Positions 10,887 to 21,609 of a stretch of DNA of 37,287 nt are shown here, in pieces. Position 1 is the first letter of the stretch, and each line of letters starts with the position of its first letter. Below the pieces are notes generated by a model. That model was not told the DNA's origin. It ran no database searches and saw only the letters and a list, made by a program, of their open reading frames with translations. The stretch covers positions 8,092,794 through 8,130,080 of the forward strand of contig NC_068999.1 of NCBI RefSeq assembly GCF_001194135.2. Reading direction: 5' to 3'. A program made the translations under genes and the position numbers. Origin of the DNA: Octopus bimaculoides. Lineage: Eukaryota.

Positions 10887-10949
<63 letters not shown>
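10887..10949 (+). repeat. (ATT)n microsatellite
   Basis: About 20 perfect units. Confidence 0.95.
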
Positions 10950-10950
<1 letters not shown>

Positions 10951-11175
10951 GGCGGCGAGCAGCCAGTATCCTTAGTACGCTAAAGAAGATGATTAGTGGC
11001 ATTTCTACCGCCTTTTTTCTTTCAGAGTTCAAATGCTGCCGAGGTCGACTCTGACGTTCATATTTGGGGGATCGACGAAATAAATCCCATTTGTAACACC
11101 GGGGTCGATGTAATCGACCAGTCCCCTCCCTATTAAATGTCAGGCCTTGTGCCTATGGTTAAATAGATTGTTATT
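10950..11175 (+). mobile_element. SINE family A with type-2 tail
   Basis: 'ggcggcgagc...cagagttcaaatgctgccgaggtcgactctg...ggggtcgatgtaatcgaccagtcccctccc...caggccttgtgcctatgg'. Confidence 0.85.
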
Positions 11176-11574
11176 TGTAAGGCTTTTCATTATTTCATGT
11201 TCGTTTTGTTGTTGTTATTGTTGTTGTTGTGATTGTTGCTGCTGCTACTGTTGTTGATAATGTCGCTCTTGTTGTTGTTGTTGCTGTGGTTGCTGTTGTT
11301 GTTGTTGTTACAGACGTTATCAATCTTACGCAATCGCCTCTAGTCAGTGTTATTTCCTTGTTTCTTTATCTTTTCCCTTTTTGTTTTTTTTGTTTTGTTT
11401 TTTTTCCTTCGCTATTTTTCTATATTCCAGCAGGATGAACCCAATTATTTGGTGGGTGACTGCTGACGTCATAGCTTCCACCTGATACAAACACATGGCC
11501 CAGCATGGAATTAGTTCCTGATGAACGGTAAGAATTGAAGAAAAAGAAGAAAGGAAGAAAAACACGCACACATA

Positions 11575-11605
<31 letters not shown>

Positions 11606-11724
11606 TCAAATTAAACTCATGCAAATGTATAAGTATGCTCTGAGAGAGGGTACAAGTGTGTGCGTTTATATGTTTGGATGTGTGTGTACATGCATGTATT
11701 TGTATGTATGTAAACATGTATGCA

Positions 11725-11762
<38 letters not shown>

Positions 11763-12232
11763 CATGAATATATGTATAGATGCATGTATGTATGTGTGTG
11801 TGATTGTATATGTATTATGCGCTTGGGTGTGTAAGTATATATATANNNNNNNNNNNNNNNNNNNNNNNNNNNNNNNNNNNNNNNNNNNNNNNNNNNNNNN
11901 NNNNNNNNNNNNNNNNNNNNNNNNNNNNNNNNNNNNNNNNNNNNNNNNNNNNNNNNNNNNNNNNNNNNNNNNNNNNNNNNNNNNNNNNNNNNNNNNNNNN
12001 NNNNNNNNNNNNNNNNNNNNNNNNNNNNNNNNNNNNNNNNNNNNNNNNNNNNNNNNNNNNNNNNNNNNNNNNNNNNNNNNNNNNNNNNNNNNNNNNNNNN
12101 NNNNNNNNNNNNNNNNNNNNNNNNNNNNNNNNNNNNNNNNNNNNNNNNNNNNNNNNNNNNNNNNNNNNNNNNNNNNNNNNNNNNNNNNNNNNNNNNNNNN
12201 NNNNNNNNNNNNNNNNNNNNNNNNNNNNNNNN

Positions 12233-12532
12233 GTTGTGAGTGTTTATTGAGCGAAAACACCTAAAGCCCCACGAGGCTCCGGCAGGGAATGGTGGCGAAC
12301 CCTGCTGTACTCTTTCACCACAACTTTCTTTCACTCTTCCTGTTTCTGTTGTGCCTGTAATTCAAAGGGCCAGCCTTGTCACTCTGTGTCACGCTCAATA
12401 TCCCCGAGAACTACGTTAAGGGTACACGCGTCTGTGGAGTGTTCAGCCACTTGCACGTTAATTTCACGAGCAGGCTGTTCCGTTGATCGGATCAACTGGA
12501 ACCCTCGACGTCATAAGAGACGGGGTGCCAAC
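12233..12532 (+). mobile_element. SINE family C (head lost in gap)
   Basis: Collinear with 24102-24760: 'gttgtgagtgtttattgagcgaaaacacc...tctttcaccacaactttct...gaactacgttaagggtacacg...ggaaccctcgacgtcataagagacggggtgccaac'. Confidence 0.9.
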
Positions 12533-12549
12533 AATATTCTTTCTTACTG

Positions 12550-12672
12550 TTATATTAGTTTCAAATTTTGGCACAAGGCCAGCAATTTCGTAAAATAGGT
12601 AAGTCGATAACATCGATCTCAGTGTTCTGACCCCGAAAAGATGAAAGCCAAAATCGACCACAGCAGAATTTT
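12550..12672 (-). mobile_element. SINE family A fragment, type-3 tail
   Basis: 'tttcaaattttggcacaaggccagcaatttc...gtcgataacatcga...gaccccgaaaagatgaaagcc' is the reverse complement of family A. Confidence 0.8.
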
Positions 12673-13289
12673 TCCCATTGTTATATTAATATATTCAAAT
12701 CTAAAACACTGTGTTGACGCTCTAGTAAAAGCAAGATATGTTTGACCCTGTGAGCAACGCTGACGTCATTCTTAACATAATGCAATTCTTACAAATGTTT
12801 TTGTTTTTCCCCCTCGTGATTTAGTGATTGTGTTTATCGTTGCTGATTTAATTGGGAGCTTGTTTTCTTGTAACAGTAAATGGAAACTCGTCACCTCCAG
12901 AAGAAAGTAATGTGATTCTTGGAATAAACACAATTATTCCGTGACGAGGTCTCCGAGTTTATTATTAAGTACTTTAATGACATTAGTTCCAAATTCAATA
13001 ACAAAACGGGTACCGCTATATATCTAATTTGTGTCGTCAAGTGTACAGAGGAGAAGTACTACAGCATTATTCTTTAATTTTCTAGTGTGTGATGGTAAGT
13101 TCTGATATAATTACAGTATGAGATATACTTGTGTATATAAGCGGCATCATGTTTACGGCAGAGAGTGGAAACTGGTGTGGGTTTCTTTGTTGGGGTTGGG
13201 TGGCAAAATGGACACAGTCGGAAACATGAGTAAGTTTAATTACACACGCGCGCACACATACACACACGCACGCACATGGATAAATAGAC

Positions 13290-14194
13290 ATAGATCAATA
13301 GATAAAGAGAGAAAGAGACAGAGCCAGAAGCAGATAGACAGACAGACTAATAGACAGCCAGATAAATAGACAGGTAGATAGATAGACAGAGAGATAGACA
13401 GATAGACTGACGGAGGGACGGACGGACGNNNNNNNNNNNNNNNNNNNNNNNNNNNNNNNNNNNNNNNNNNNNNNNNNNNNNNNNNNNNNNNNNNNNNNNN
13501 NNNNNNNNNNNNNNNNNNNNNNNNNNNNNNNNNNNNNNNNNNNNNNNNNNNNNNNNNNNNNNNNNNNNNNNNNNNNNNNNNNNNNNNNNNNNNNNNNNNN
13601 NNNNNNNNNNNNNNNNNNNNNNNNNNNNNNNNNNNNNNNNNNNNNNNNNNNNNNNNNNNNNNNNNNNNNNNNNNNNNNNNNNNNNNNNNNNNNNNNNNNN
13701 NNNNNNNNNNNNNNNNNNNNNNNNNNNNNNNNNNNNNNNNNNNNNNNNNNNNNNNNNNNNNNNNNNNNNNNNNNNNNNNNNNNNNNNNNNNNNNNNNNNN
13801 NNNNNNNNNNNNNNNNNNNNNNNNNNNNNNNNNNNNNNNNNNNNCGCACACATACACACACGCACGCACATGGATAAATAGACATAGATCAATAGATAAA
13901 GAGAGAAAGAGACAGAGCCAGAAGCAGATAGACAGACAGACTAATAGACAGCCAGATAAATAGACAGGTAGATAGATAGACAGAGAGATAGACAGATAGA
14001 CTGACGGAGGGACGGACGGACGAACTGACAGACAGATAGACGGACAGACAGATTGATTTATCAATCAATCTGATAGATAGATAGATAGATAGATGGATAG
14101 ATAGATAGATAGACAGATAGTTAGATAGACAGACCGATAGATAGATATACAGATAGACAGACAGGCTGACGGACGGACGGACAGACAGACAGAC

Positions 14195-14239
<45 letters not shown>

Positions 14240-14240
14240 T
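13290..14240. repeat. (GATA)n/(GACA)n/(GACG)n tetranucleotide field with gap
   Basis: Direct reading; gap at 13429-13844. Confidence 0.9.
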
Positions 14241-14620
14241 GTCATTTATTGGCCCCTAAGGCCGACATATAGGGGACAATACACTAGACGGGGACAGTGG
14301 GGGGTTTTACACAAAACAACGAGTAAACAATTCGGAAAACAAAAGCAATAAACATTAAACAAAAAAAATATAACAATGAGGTTTCCCCAATAGGGTGGGG
14401 GTGACCACCCAGGTGCCCCACCAATCCTGAGCCACCCGACGGTCTGAGGCTACTCGGGAATGGTACATCTCCCCTCCTCAAATTCAACAGCCTACAGGCG
14501 CATTATTAGAGTAGGTTCACTCGCACGGACCATTTTCGCTACATTCACCCACCTTTCAGCAAATGGACGGCCCTCACTCATTAAGAGTATTACCGTCCCG
14601 TTTTGGAGACGGATGTGTAC
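14241..14620 (-). mobile_element. Probable 3' end of an L1/Tx1-like LINE: ORF C-terminus, 3' UTR, AATAAA, joined to (TATC)n
   Basis: GC-richer block. The minus frame ...GRPFAERWVNVAKMVRASEPTLIMRL* stops at 14492-14494, then a pyrimidine-rich UTR, AATAAA at 14245-14250 and the microsatellite. The clade call rests on remembered resemblance only. Confidence 0.45.
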
Positions 14621-14624
14621 TGGG

Positions 14625-14901
14625 TCGATAAATTAAGTACCAGTTGCCTACTGGGATCGATCTAATCGACTGGACCCTCCCCCAAAATTTCGGGCCTTGT
14701 GCCTAGAGTAGAAAAGAATATTTTTCCGCCATAAGGCTGCAAGCTGGCAGAAACGTTAGCACGCCGGGCGAAAAATGCTTAGGGGTATTTTGTCTGTCTT
14801 TACGTTCTGAGTTCAAACTCCGCCGAAGTCGAATTTGCCTTTCATCATTTCGGGGTCGATAAATTAAGTACTGGTTGCATACTGGGGTCGATCTGGCCCC
14901 C
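14625..14901 (+). mobile_element. Two SINE family A pieces (3' half 14625-14720; near-full copy 14735-14901 cut by gap)
   Basis: 'gtcgataaattaagtaccagttgcctactgggatcgatc...cccaaaatttcgggccttgtgcctagagtagaaaag' followed by 'gcaagctggcagaaacgttagcacgccgggcg...'. Confidence 0.88.
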
Positions 14902-15407
14902 NNNNNNNNNNNNNNNNNNNNNNNNNNNNNNNNNNNNNNNNNNNNNNNNNNNNNNNNNNNNNNNNNNNNNNNNNNNNNNNNNNNNNNNNNNNNNNNNNNN
15001 NNNNNNNNNNNNNNNNNNNNNNNNNNNNNNNNNNNNNNNNNNNNNNNNNNNNNNNNNNNNNNNNNNNNNNNNNNNNNNNNNNNNNNNNNNNNNNNNNNNN
15101 NNNNNNNNNNNNNNNNNNNNNNNNNNNNNNNNNNNNNNNNNNNNNNNNNNNNNNNNNNNNNNNNNNNNNNNNNNNNNNNNNNNNNNNNNNNNNNNNNNNN
15201 NNNNNNNNNNNNNNNNNNNNNNNNNNNNNNNNNNNNNNNNNNNNNNNNNNNNNNNNNNNNNNNNNNNNNNNNNNNNNNNNNNNNNNNNNNNNNNNNNNNN
15301 NNNNNNNNNNNNNNNNNNNNNNNNNNNNNNNNNNNNNNNNNNNNNNNNNNNNNNNNNNNNNNNNNNNNNNNNNNNNNNNNNNNNNNNNNNNNNNNNNNNN
15401 NNNNNNN

Positions 15408-15595
15408 ATAAGCACAAAGCCTGAAATTTTGTGGGAAGTGGAGTACATTTTCCTCGGTGCTTAACGGGTACTTATTTTATCGATTCCGAAAGGGTAAAGT
15501 CGATCTCAGCGGGATTTGAACTCAGAATGTAAAGAACTGAAAGAAATGGTGCAGAAATATTTTGACCGGTGCACTAACGATTCTGCCAGCTCGCC
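15408..15595 (-). mobile_element. SINE family A, diverged
   Basis: 'gcacaaagcctgaaattt...gggtaaagtcgatctcagcgggatttgaactcagaatgtaa...gcactaacgattctgccagctcgcc'. Confidence 0.85.
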
Positions 15596-15687
15596 AACTT
15601 CACCTTTCCATCTTTGATGTTAAACACATGGCATTTTTATGTACGTATTTCACTGTGTACGCACGTGTGTGCGCGTCTGTGTATGCA

Positions 15688-15728
<41 letters not shown>

Positions 15729-16120
15729 GGCGGAGGAGGAGTATGTGATATGTCTATTTATTGACGTCAGTGTTTAGCCAATAGTTTGAAAGCAAAGATG
15801 GGAGATTTACTGCCGATAGATTTCCCATTTTTAGTTTGCGCTGCTGTTCTTAAACGTCAATGGAATACCAGATGCTTCTACGCGCATGCGTACATGAGCA
15901 CATGTATAATATTATTTTATTTGTTTATTCATACGTACATACTCATGCGACCATATAGGAATCCAAACGGGTATCGGTTTTTGAATGGCTACTTCATTGG
16001 CCCTCGGGCCACATTCCTAACGTCTCCCCCGCCCACCCATACACACACTACCATAAACATAGATCTCTTTCTACTGCATATTCAAAACAACTATTTTACA
16101 TATAAAACTTAACCTAGTTC

Positions 16121-16260
16121 GGTGCCGGCGTGGCTGTGTGGTAAAGAAGCTTGCTTCCGAGCCACATATTTCCGGGTTCAGTCTCACTGCGTGACACTTT
16201 GGACAAGAGTGGTTTACTTGCGAGTAGATTTGTTAGATAAAAACTGAAAGAAACCCGTAG
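16121..16260 (+). mobile_element. SINE family B head, diverged
   Basis: 'ggcgtggctgtgtggtaaagaagcttgcttcc...ccgggttcagtctcactgcgtgacactttggacaag...aaactgaaagaaacccgt'. Confidence 0.8.
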
Positions 16261-16304
16261 TGTTTTTGACTTGGAATTTTCTTTTTCTTTCTCTACGTTC
16301 TGAC

Positions 16305-16573
16305 TGTGGGGACAAATTATATTATGCAATAAAAATTCATACAAGATCAAGGGGTTACCAATTGATTACTCGCTTAGAATATAGGGTTTTGTCTTTTGGT
16401 TTAACGATATAAAAAAAGAAACTTTAATATCTTGAAATATTATCTTCAATTACAAGTTTCTTTTTTTATATCGTTAAACCAAAAGACAAAATCCTATATT
16501 CTAAGCGAGTAATCAATTGGTAACCCCTTGATCTTGTATGAATCTTTATTGCATAATATAATTTGTCCCCACA
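16305..16573. repeat. Near-perfect long inverted repeat (foldback, MITE-like)
   Basis: Arms 16305-16424 and 16454-16573 (120 bp each) are reverse complements with 2 mismatches counted by eye. Spacer 29 nt; termini TGTGGGGA...TCCCCACA. Confidence 0.95.
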
Positions 16574-16589
16574 CGCACAGATGTTGTGC

Positions 16590-16750
16590 TGGAACAGCTG
16601 TAGTCTGTTGAACTGGATATAGTAAATATTTCCCGCAGATCAGCAGTGGGATAAAATGTAATGTCGAAGGGGGCTGGCAGGAATTGAACTCGGTTGTTAG
16701 TCAGTGAAATCAATCCCTTCTCCGCGGCTCACCATCTGTGCCTCCCTTAC
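16590..16750 (-). mobile_element. Additional tRNA-like repeat head (possible fourth SINE family)
   Basis: The minus strand reads 'gggaggcacagatggtgagccgcgg...gagttcaattcctgcc' with a B-box-like GAGTTCAATTCC. A related 'cagtgggataa...ttgaa' remnant lies near 29510-29570. Confidence 0.35.
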
Positions 16751-16769
16751 AAACCTAATAATAATCCTT

Positions 16770-17090
16770 TATACTATATAAGGGGTTAGTCGGTTACATC
16801 GACACCCCCACCGCAGTACTTAACTGGTACTTATTTCATCTACTTCGAAAAAATGAAAAGCGAAGTCAACCCCGCGGCGGAATTTGAACTCAGCACGTAA
16901 AGAGCCAGAAGGAAAACCGTTTAAACACTTAGTTGGGTGTGCTAACGATTCCGCCAACCTGCCAACTTAAAAGAGAAATAATAATAATAATATTTTCTAC
17001 TATAGGCACGTTGCCAGAAATTTTAGGAGAAGGGGATTACATCAACCCCAGTATTCAACTGGTACTTGTCTTATTGACCTCGAAAGAAAC
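16770..17090 (-). mobile_element. Two SINE family A copies (about 16770-16970 and 16990-17090); the second ends in an (ATT)n tail
   Basis: 'actggtacttatttcatc...gaagtcaaccccgcggcggaatttgaactcag...gctaacgattccgccaacctgcc' and 'ataataataatattttctactataggcac...'. Confidence 0.85.
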
Positions 17091-17092
17091 AG

Positions 17093-17137
17093 TTTTCTAA
17101 GGATGTGGGCAGTACTTGTCAGCACAATCTTTTGGAT
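17093..17137 (-). pseudogene. Very short remnant of an R4/Dong-like ORF C-terminus
   Basis: Minus frame IQKIVLTSTAHILRK resembles the conserved terminal helix of R4-clade RLE ORFs (compare LQKTALFGTTRILL at 35948-35990). Only 15 codons. Confidence 0.5.
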
Positions 17138-17689
17138 TCCTCTGATTGTCAACCATACGACGTGTCGTGTTAGACGTAGCACTGACCGCCTCAAAGGAGA
17201 GTATTCCACTGAGCTTTTCGGTGGGTTAGAAAATTACATACCTTCACCCCCAATTTTCCATGATAGGTTAGCACTTGGAATCCTCCAATCCTCCGATGTA
17301 TTACATGTCGATTAGTCGAATTAGACCATCATATACTCCACAAATGTTTTGTCGTCAATGCTGCCCTTTCCCGATTCACCTGTTTCAACATAACTGTAAT
17401 ATATATATATATATATATATAATACAAAGAATATATATGCATGTATACACACATATATGTACATACTTACATCTACATGTGTATATAGATGCATATCAGG
17501 GTACAGGACGTTAGAACAATGAACTACAGACAACGGAACGAACACATAGGAAGACAGATAGCCACTTGGAATAAATCCTTCGTCAGCTGCCTCTATTCTA
17601 ACTAGACGTTTCGAAGATAAGGCAGAACGTACGACCGACGCCGGGTGTCTCTGCTAGCTATTATTATATAATCAGTGTGTTTGTTACAA

Positions 17690-17812
17690 TCATCCTTTCA
17701 AGATCGATAAAATTGAGTACCAGTCAAATACTGGGATCAATGTAATCAACTAACCCCCTCCCCCCTTTCCCTAAAGAAATTGCTGGCTTTATGCCAAAAT
17801 TTGAAGCTGTTA
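17690..17812 (+). mobile_element. SINE family A 3' half
   Basis: 'catcctttcaagatcgataaaattgagtaccagtcaaatactgggatcaatgtaatcaact...gaaattgctggctttatgccaaaatttgaa'. Confidence 0.8.
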
Positions 17813-19309
17813 TTATTACATAAGCTCTTGGTCTTTCTCTCTTTCACATGTTAGGTTACGGTTTGAGGGGAGTGTGGCTGTTATTTCAAGCAAGTCGAAC
17901 ATCTTACTACGAAGAGACTTCCTTGTTGGTTCATAGTTATCTGCTGGTACTCTTGTTGTTGTTGTTTAGCCTTTGGTCAATCAGACGATATGATGTAAAA
18001 GTATTCCAGCCATAAACATTTCGTTTACTCCACACTGCACAATCTTATATATTCTTTTAACAGGAAATCCAATCGCGACCATCCCATATTTTAGTGTACC
18101 TAAGACAAGAATGGTATAACGTGTCCTCCATTTTTTAAAGACAGTGAAATAGAATTTATAAAAAATCCGGCTGCTATTTCTAGCAGACCGACAGGCTGCA
18201 TATAGGATTCCTCGTTGGCGGTGAAGTTTACTGTTTGGTAGAGAACAAGGAATTTCTTTTATAGAATGGATTTCTGTATTTACGGATTTGGGGAGATGCT
18301 GTTCAAATGGTATTAACAGCCTCATTCAGGCTTTCTGCTTGATGAAGTATCATTGATCAGTATTGATTTTTATTGATCCGTATTGATTTTACATCGAAGA
18401 AAACTCCGGCAAATAAATTGAAAAAAGGGCGGGTTGGGAAAGAAATAGCAAGCAGGTGATTGTTGATGGCATGGCAAGTTAAGAAAGGGACAGNNNNNNN
18501 NNNNNNNNNNNNNNNNNNNNNNNNNNNNNNNNNNNNNNNNNNNNNNNNNNNNNNNNNNNNNNNNNNNNNNNNNNNNNNNNNNNNNNNNNNNNNNNNNNNN
18601 NNNNNNNNNNNNNNNNNNNNNNNNNNNNNNNNNNNNNNNNNNNNNNNNNNNNNNNNNNNNNNNNNNNNNNNNNNNNNNNNNNNNNNNNNNNNNNNNNNNN
18701 NNNNNNNNNNNNNNNNNNNNNNNNNNNNNNNNNNNNNNNNNNNNNNNNNNNNNNNNNNNNNNNNNNNNNNNNNNNNNNNNNNNNNNNNNNNNNNNNNNNN
18801 NNNNNNNNNNNNNNNNNNNNNNNNNNNNNNNNNNNNNNNNNNNNNNNNNNNNNNNNNNNNNNNNNNNNNNNNNNNNNNNNNNNNNNNNNNNNNNNNNNNN
18901 NNNNNNNNNNNNNNNNNNNNNNNNNNNNNNNNNNNNNNNNNNNNNNNNNNNNNNNNNNNNNNNNNNNNNNNNNNNNNNNNNNNNNNNNNNNNNNNNNNNN
19001 NNNNNNNNNNNNNNNNNNNNNNNNNNNNNNNNNNNNNNNNNNNNNNNNNNNNNNNNNNNNNNNNNNNNNNNNNNNNNNNNNNNNNNNNNNNNNNNNNNNN
19101 NNNNNNNNNNNNNNNNNNNNNNNNNNNNNNNNNNNNNNNNNNNNNNNNNNNNNNNNNNNNNNNNNNNNNNNNNNNNNNNNNNNNNNNNNNNNNNNNNNNN
19201 NNNNNNNNNNNNNNNNNNNNNNNNNNNNNNNNNNNNNNNNNNNNNNNNNNNNNNNNNGACAGAAACCACTTTTATTGGATGATAATGTTAATGTTATCAA
19301 TGTTGATGT

Positions 19310-19482
19310 CGGAAGAAATGTTTTCGCCATTTCATCCGGCTCTTTACGTTCTGATTTCAAATCACACCGGGGTTAACTTTGCTTTTCTTCCCCTAGGGGT
19401 CTATCAAATAAAACCGCAGTCAGGTACTGAGGATTAGTCGATGGTATCGTGTAACCCCTCCCCTCAAAATTATTGGCCTTTG
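19310..19482 (+). mobile_element. SINE family A, diverged
   Basis: 'gaaatgttttcgcc...tttacgttctgatttcaaatcacaccggggttaactttgc...ccctcaaaattattggcctt'. Confidence 0.75.
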
Positions 19483-19688
19483 ATGCTGACGTTGTCACTG
19501 TTGTAGACCTATAGTCGAGGCCTTCCACCCGCGACCATCTCGTTATCTTTTATCTTTCTCTAGATCGTAGTATACCTTGGAATATATTCTCCAATGTGTC
19601 CAGGAAGTAATTCCCCCTCCTCCTCGGAAATTTCCAGGAAGTAATTCACACCCTAACCACTAAATCATGCGCCTTCACATATACCTAC

Positions 19689-19719
<31 letters not shown>

Positions 19720-19870
19720 CTCACACACACATTTATATAAATACGCAGACACATATATCCACATATCTACATACCTCTCCTTCTACCCCCACATATATAG
19801 ACATGATGAAATACAGCTAATGTACGTATATATATTATAGTACATATATATACATATATAATATATATAC

Positions 19871-19910
<40 letters not shown>

Positions 19911-19920
19911 NNNNNNNNNN

Positions 19921-20209
19921 GGGTAGGGTGAGAGAGTGAAAGTGGAAAAGGGGATAGTGGAAGAGGGAGAGATAGGAAGAGGGATATAGAGAGAGTGGAA
20001 GAGAAGAGAATGAGAGACATAAAAGAAAGAGAAAAGGAAAGACGAAAAGAGGGAAAGAGAAAGGGAGAGATTGAGAGGGTGAGTGGGAGGACAAGAGGAA
20101 CAAAAGAAAATGAGAAAGCAGAGAGAGAGAGAGAGACAGAGAAAGTGACAGACAGACAGGGGGGAGAGAATAAATGACAGATGGTGAGATCATGGGGCAG
20201 TGTGAAATA

Positions 20210-20244
<35 letters not shown>

Positions 20245-20487
20245 TGAGAGAGAATGAGTGAGAGAAAAAGGAAAACAGATTGAGAGAAAGAGAAAATGAG
20301 AGAAAGCAAGAAGAGAAAGAGACAGAAAGAGAGAGAAAGCAAGAAGAGAAAGAGAGAGAAAGAGAGCGAGTGAGAGAGAGAGAGAGAGAGAGAGACAAGG
20401 ACAGGGACAGATTGAGAGGGAGAGAGCGAAAGAGAAAGAAAGTGTAAGGAAGAAAAGCAAGAGAGAGAGAGAGAGAGAGAGGAGAGT
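19921..20487 (+). repeat. Polypurine (GA)-rich tract
   Basis: About 570 bp almost entirely G/A on the + strand with (GA)n runs. Confidence 0.92.
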
Positions 20488-21116
20488 GACAGAAACCACT
20501 TTTATTGGATGATAATGTTAATGTTNNNNNNNNNNNNNNNNNNNNNNNNNNNNNNNNNNNNNNNNNNNNNNNNNNNNNNNNNNNNNNNNNNNNNNNNNNN
20601 NNNNNNNNNNNNNNNNNNNNNNNNNNNNNNNNNNNNNNNNNNNNNNNNNNNNNNNNNNNNNNNNNNNNNNNNNNNNNNNNNNNNNNNNNNNNNNNNNNNN
20701 NNNNNNNNNNNNNNNNNNNNNNNNNNNNNNNNNNNNNNNNNNNNNNNNNNNNNNNNNNNNNNNNNNNNNNNNNNNNNNNNNNNNNNNNNNNNNNNNNNNN
20801 NNNNNNNNNNNNNNNNNNNNNNNNNNNNNNNNNNNNNNNNNNNNNNNNNNNNNNNNNNNNNNNNNNNNNNNNNNNNNNNNNNNNNNNNNNNNNNNNNNNN
20901 NNNNNNNNNNNNNNNNNNNNNNNNNNNNNNNNNNNNNNNNNNNNNNNNNNNNNNNNNNNNNNNNNNNNNNNNNNNNNNNNNNNNNNNNNNNNNNNNNNNN
21001 NNNNNNNNNNNNNNNNNNNNNNNNNNNNNNNNNNNNNNNNNNNNNNNNNNNNNNNNNNNNNNNNNNNNNNNNNNNNNNNNNNNNNNNNNNNNNNNNNNNN
21101 NNNNNNNNNNNNNNNN

Positions 21117-21458
21117 ATACATACATACATACATACATACATACATACATACATACATACATACATACGTATATAATACATATATACATATACACAAACA
21201 TACACATACCTAATGTAAGCATGACTAATAGAAGCTATGGGAAAACCCGGGATTCGAAAATAAAATGAGATAAAATAAAATAACAATTGTACGCATTCGT
21301 TACATAAAAACTATGTCACATACAAAAGTTAAGATAACGAAGATTAAACGAAAGTCAAGCTAAATAGTGTGCGTCCCTTTCTCATATGATATGCTGGAAA
21401 TAACAGCGAAATTGGCCTCAATTCAAACCCTCGTATTTATCTCACTATCACGGATAGG

Positions 21459-21512
<54 letters not shown>

Positions 21513-21560
21513 CCTATCTATCTATCTATCTAACTGTCCGTCTGTCTATTTATCTGTTTG

Positions 21561-21609
<49 letters not shown>

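Noticed and set aside
12883-12952. Short inverted pair ctcgtcac...gtgacgag
   Set aside because: Only 8 bp with a loop of about 50 nt; not distinguishable from chance.
17981-18325. 114-aa minus-strand ORF and nearby 'LRQEWYNV' Tc1-like snippet on the plus strand
   Set aside because: No recognisable domain, and the snippet is too short and not continued by other transposase motifs.
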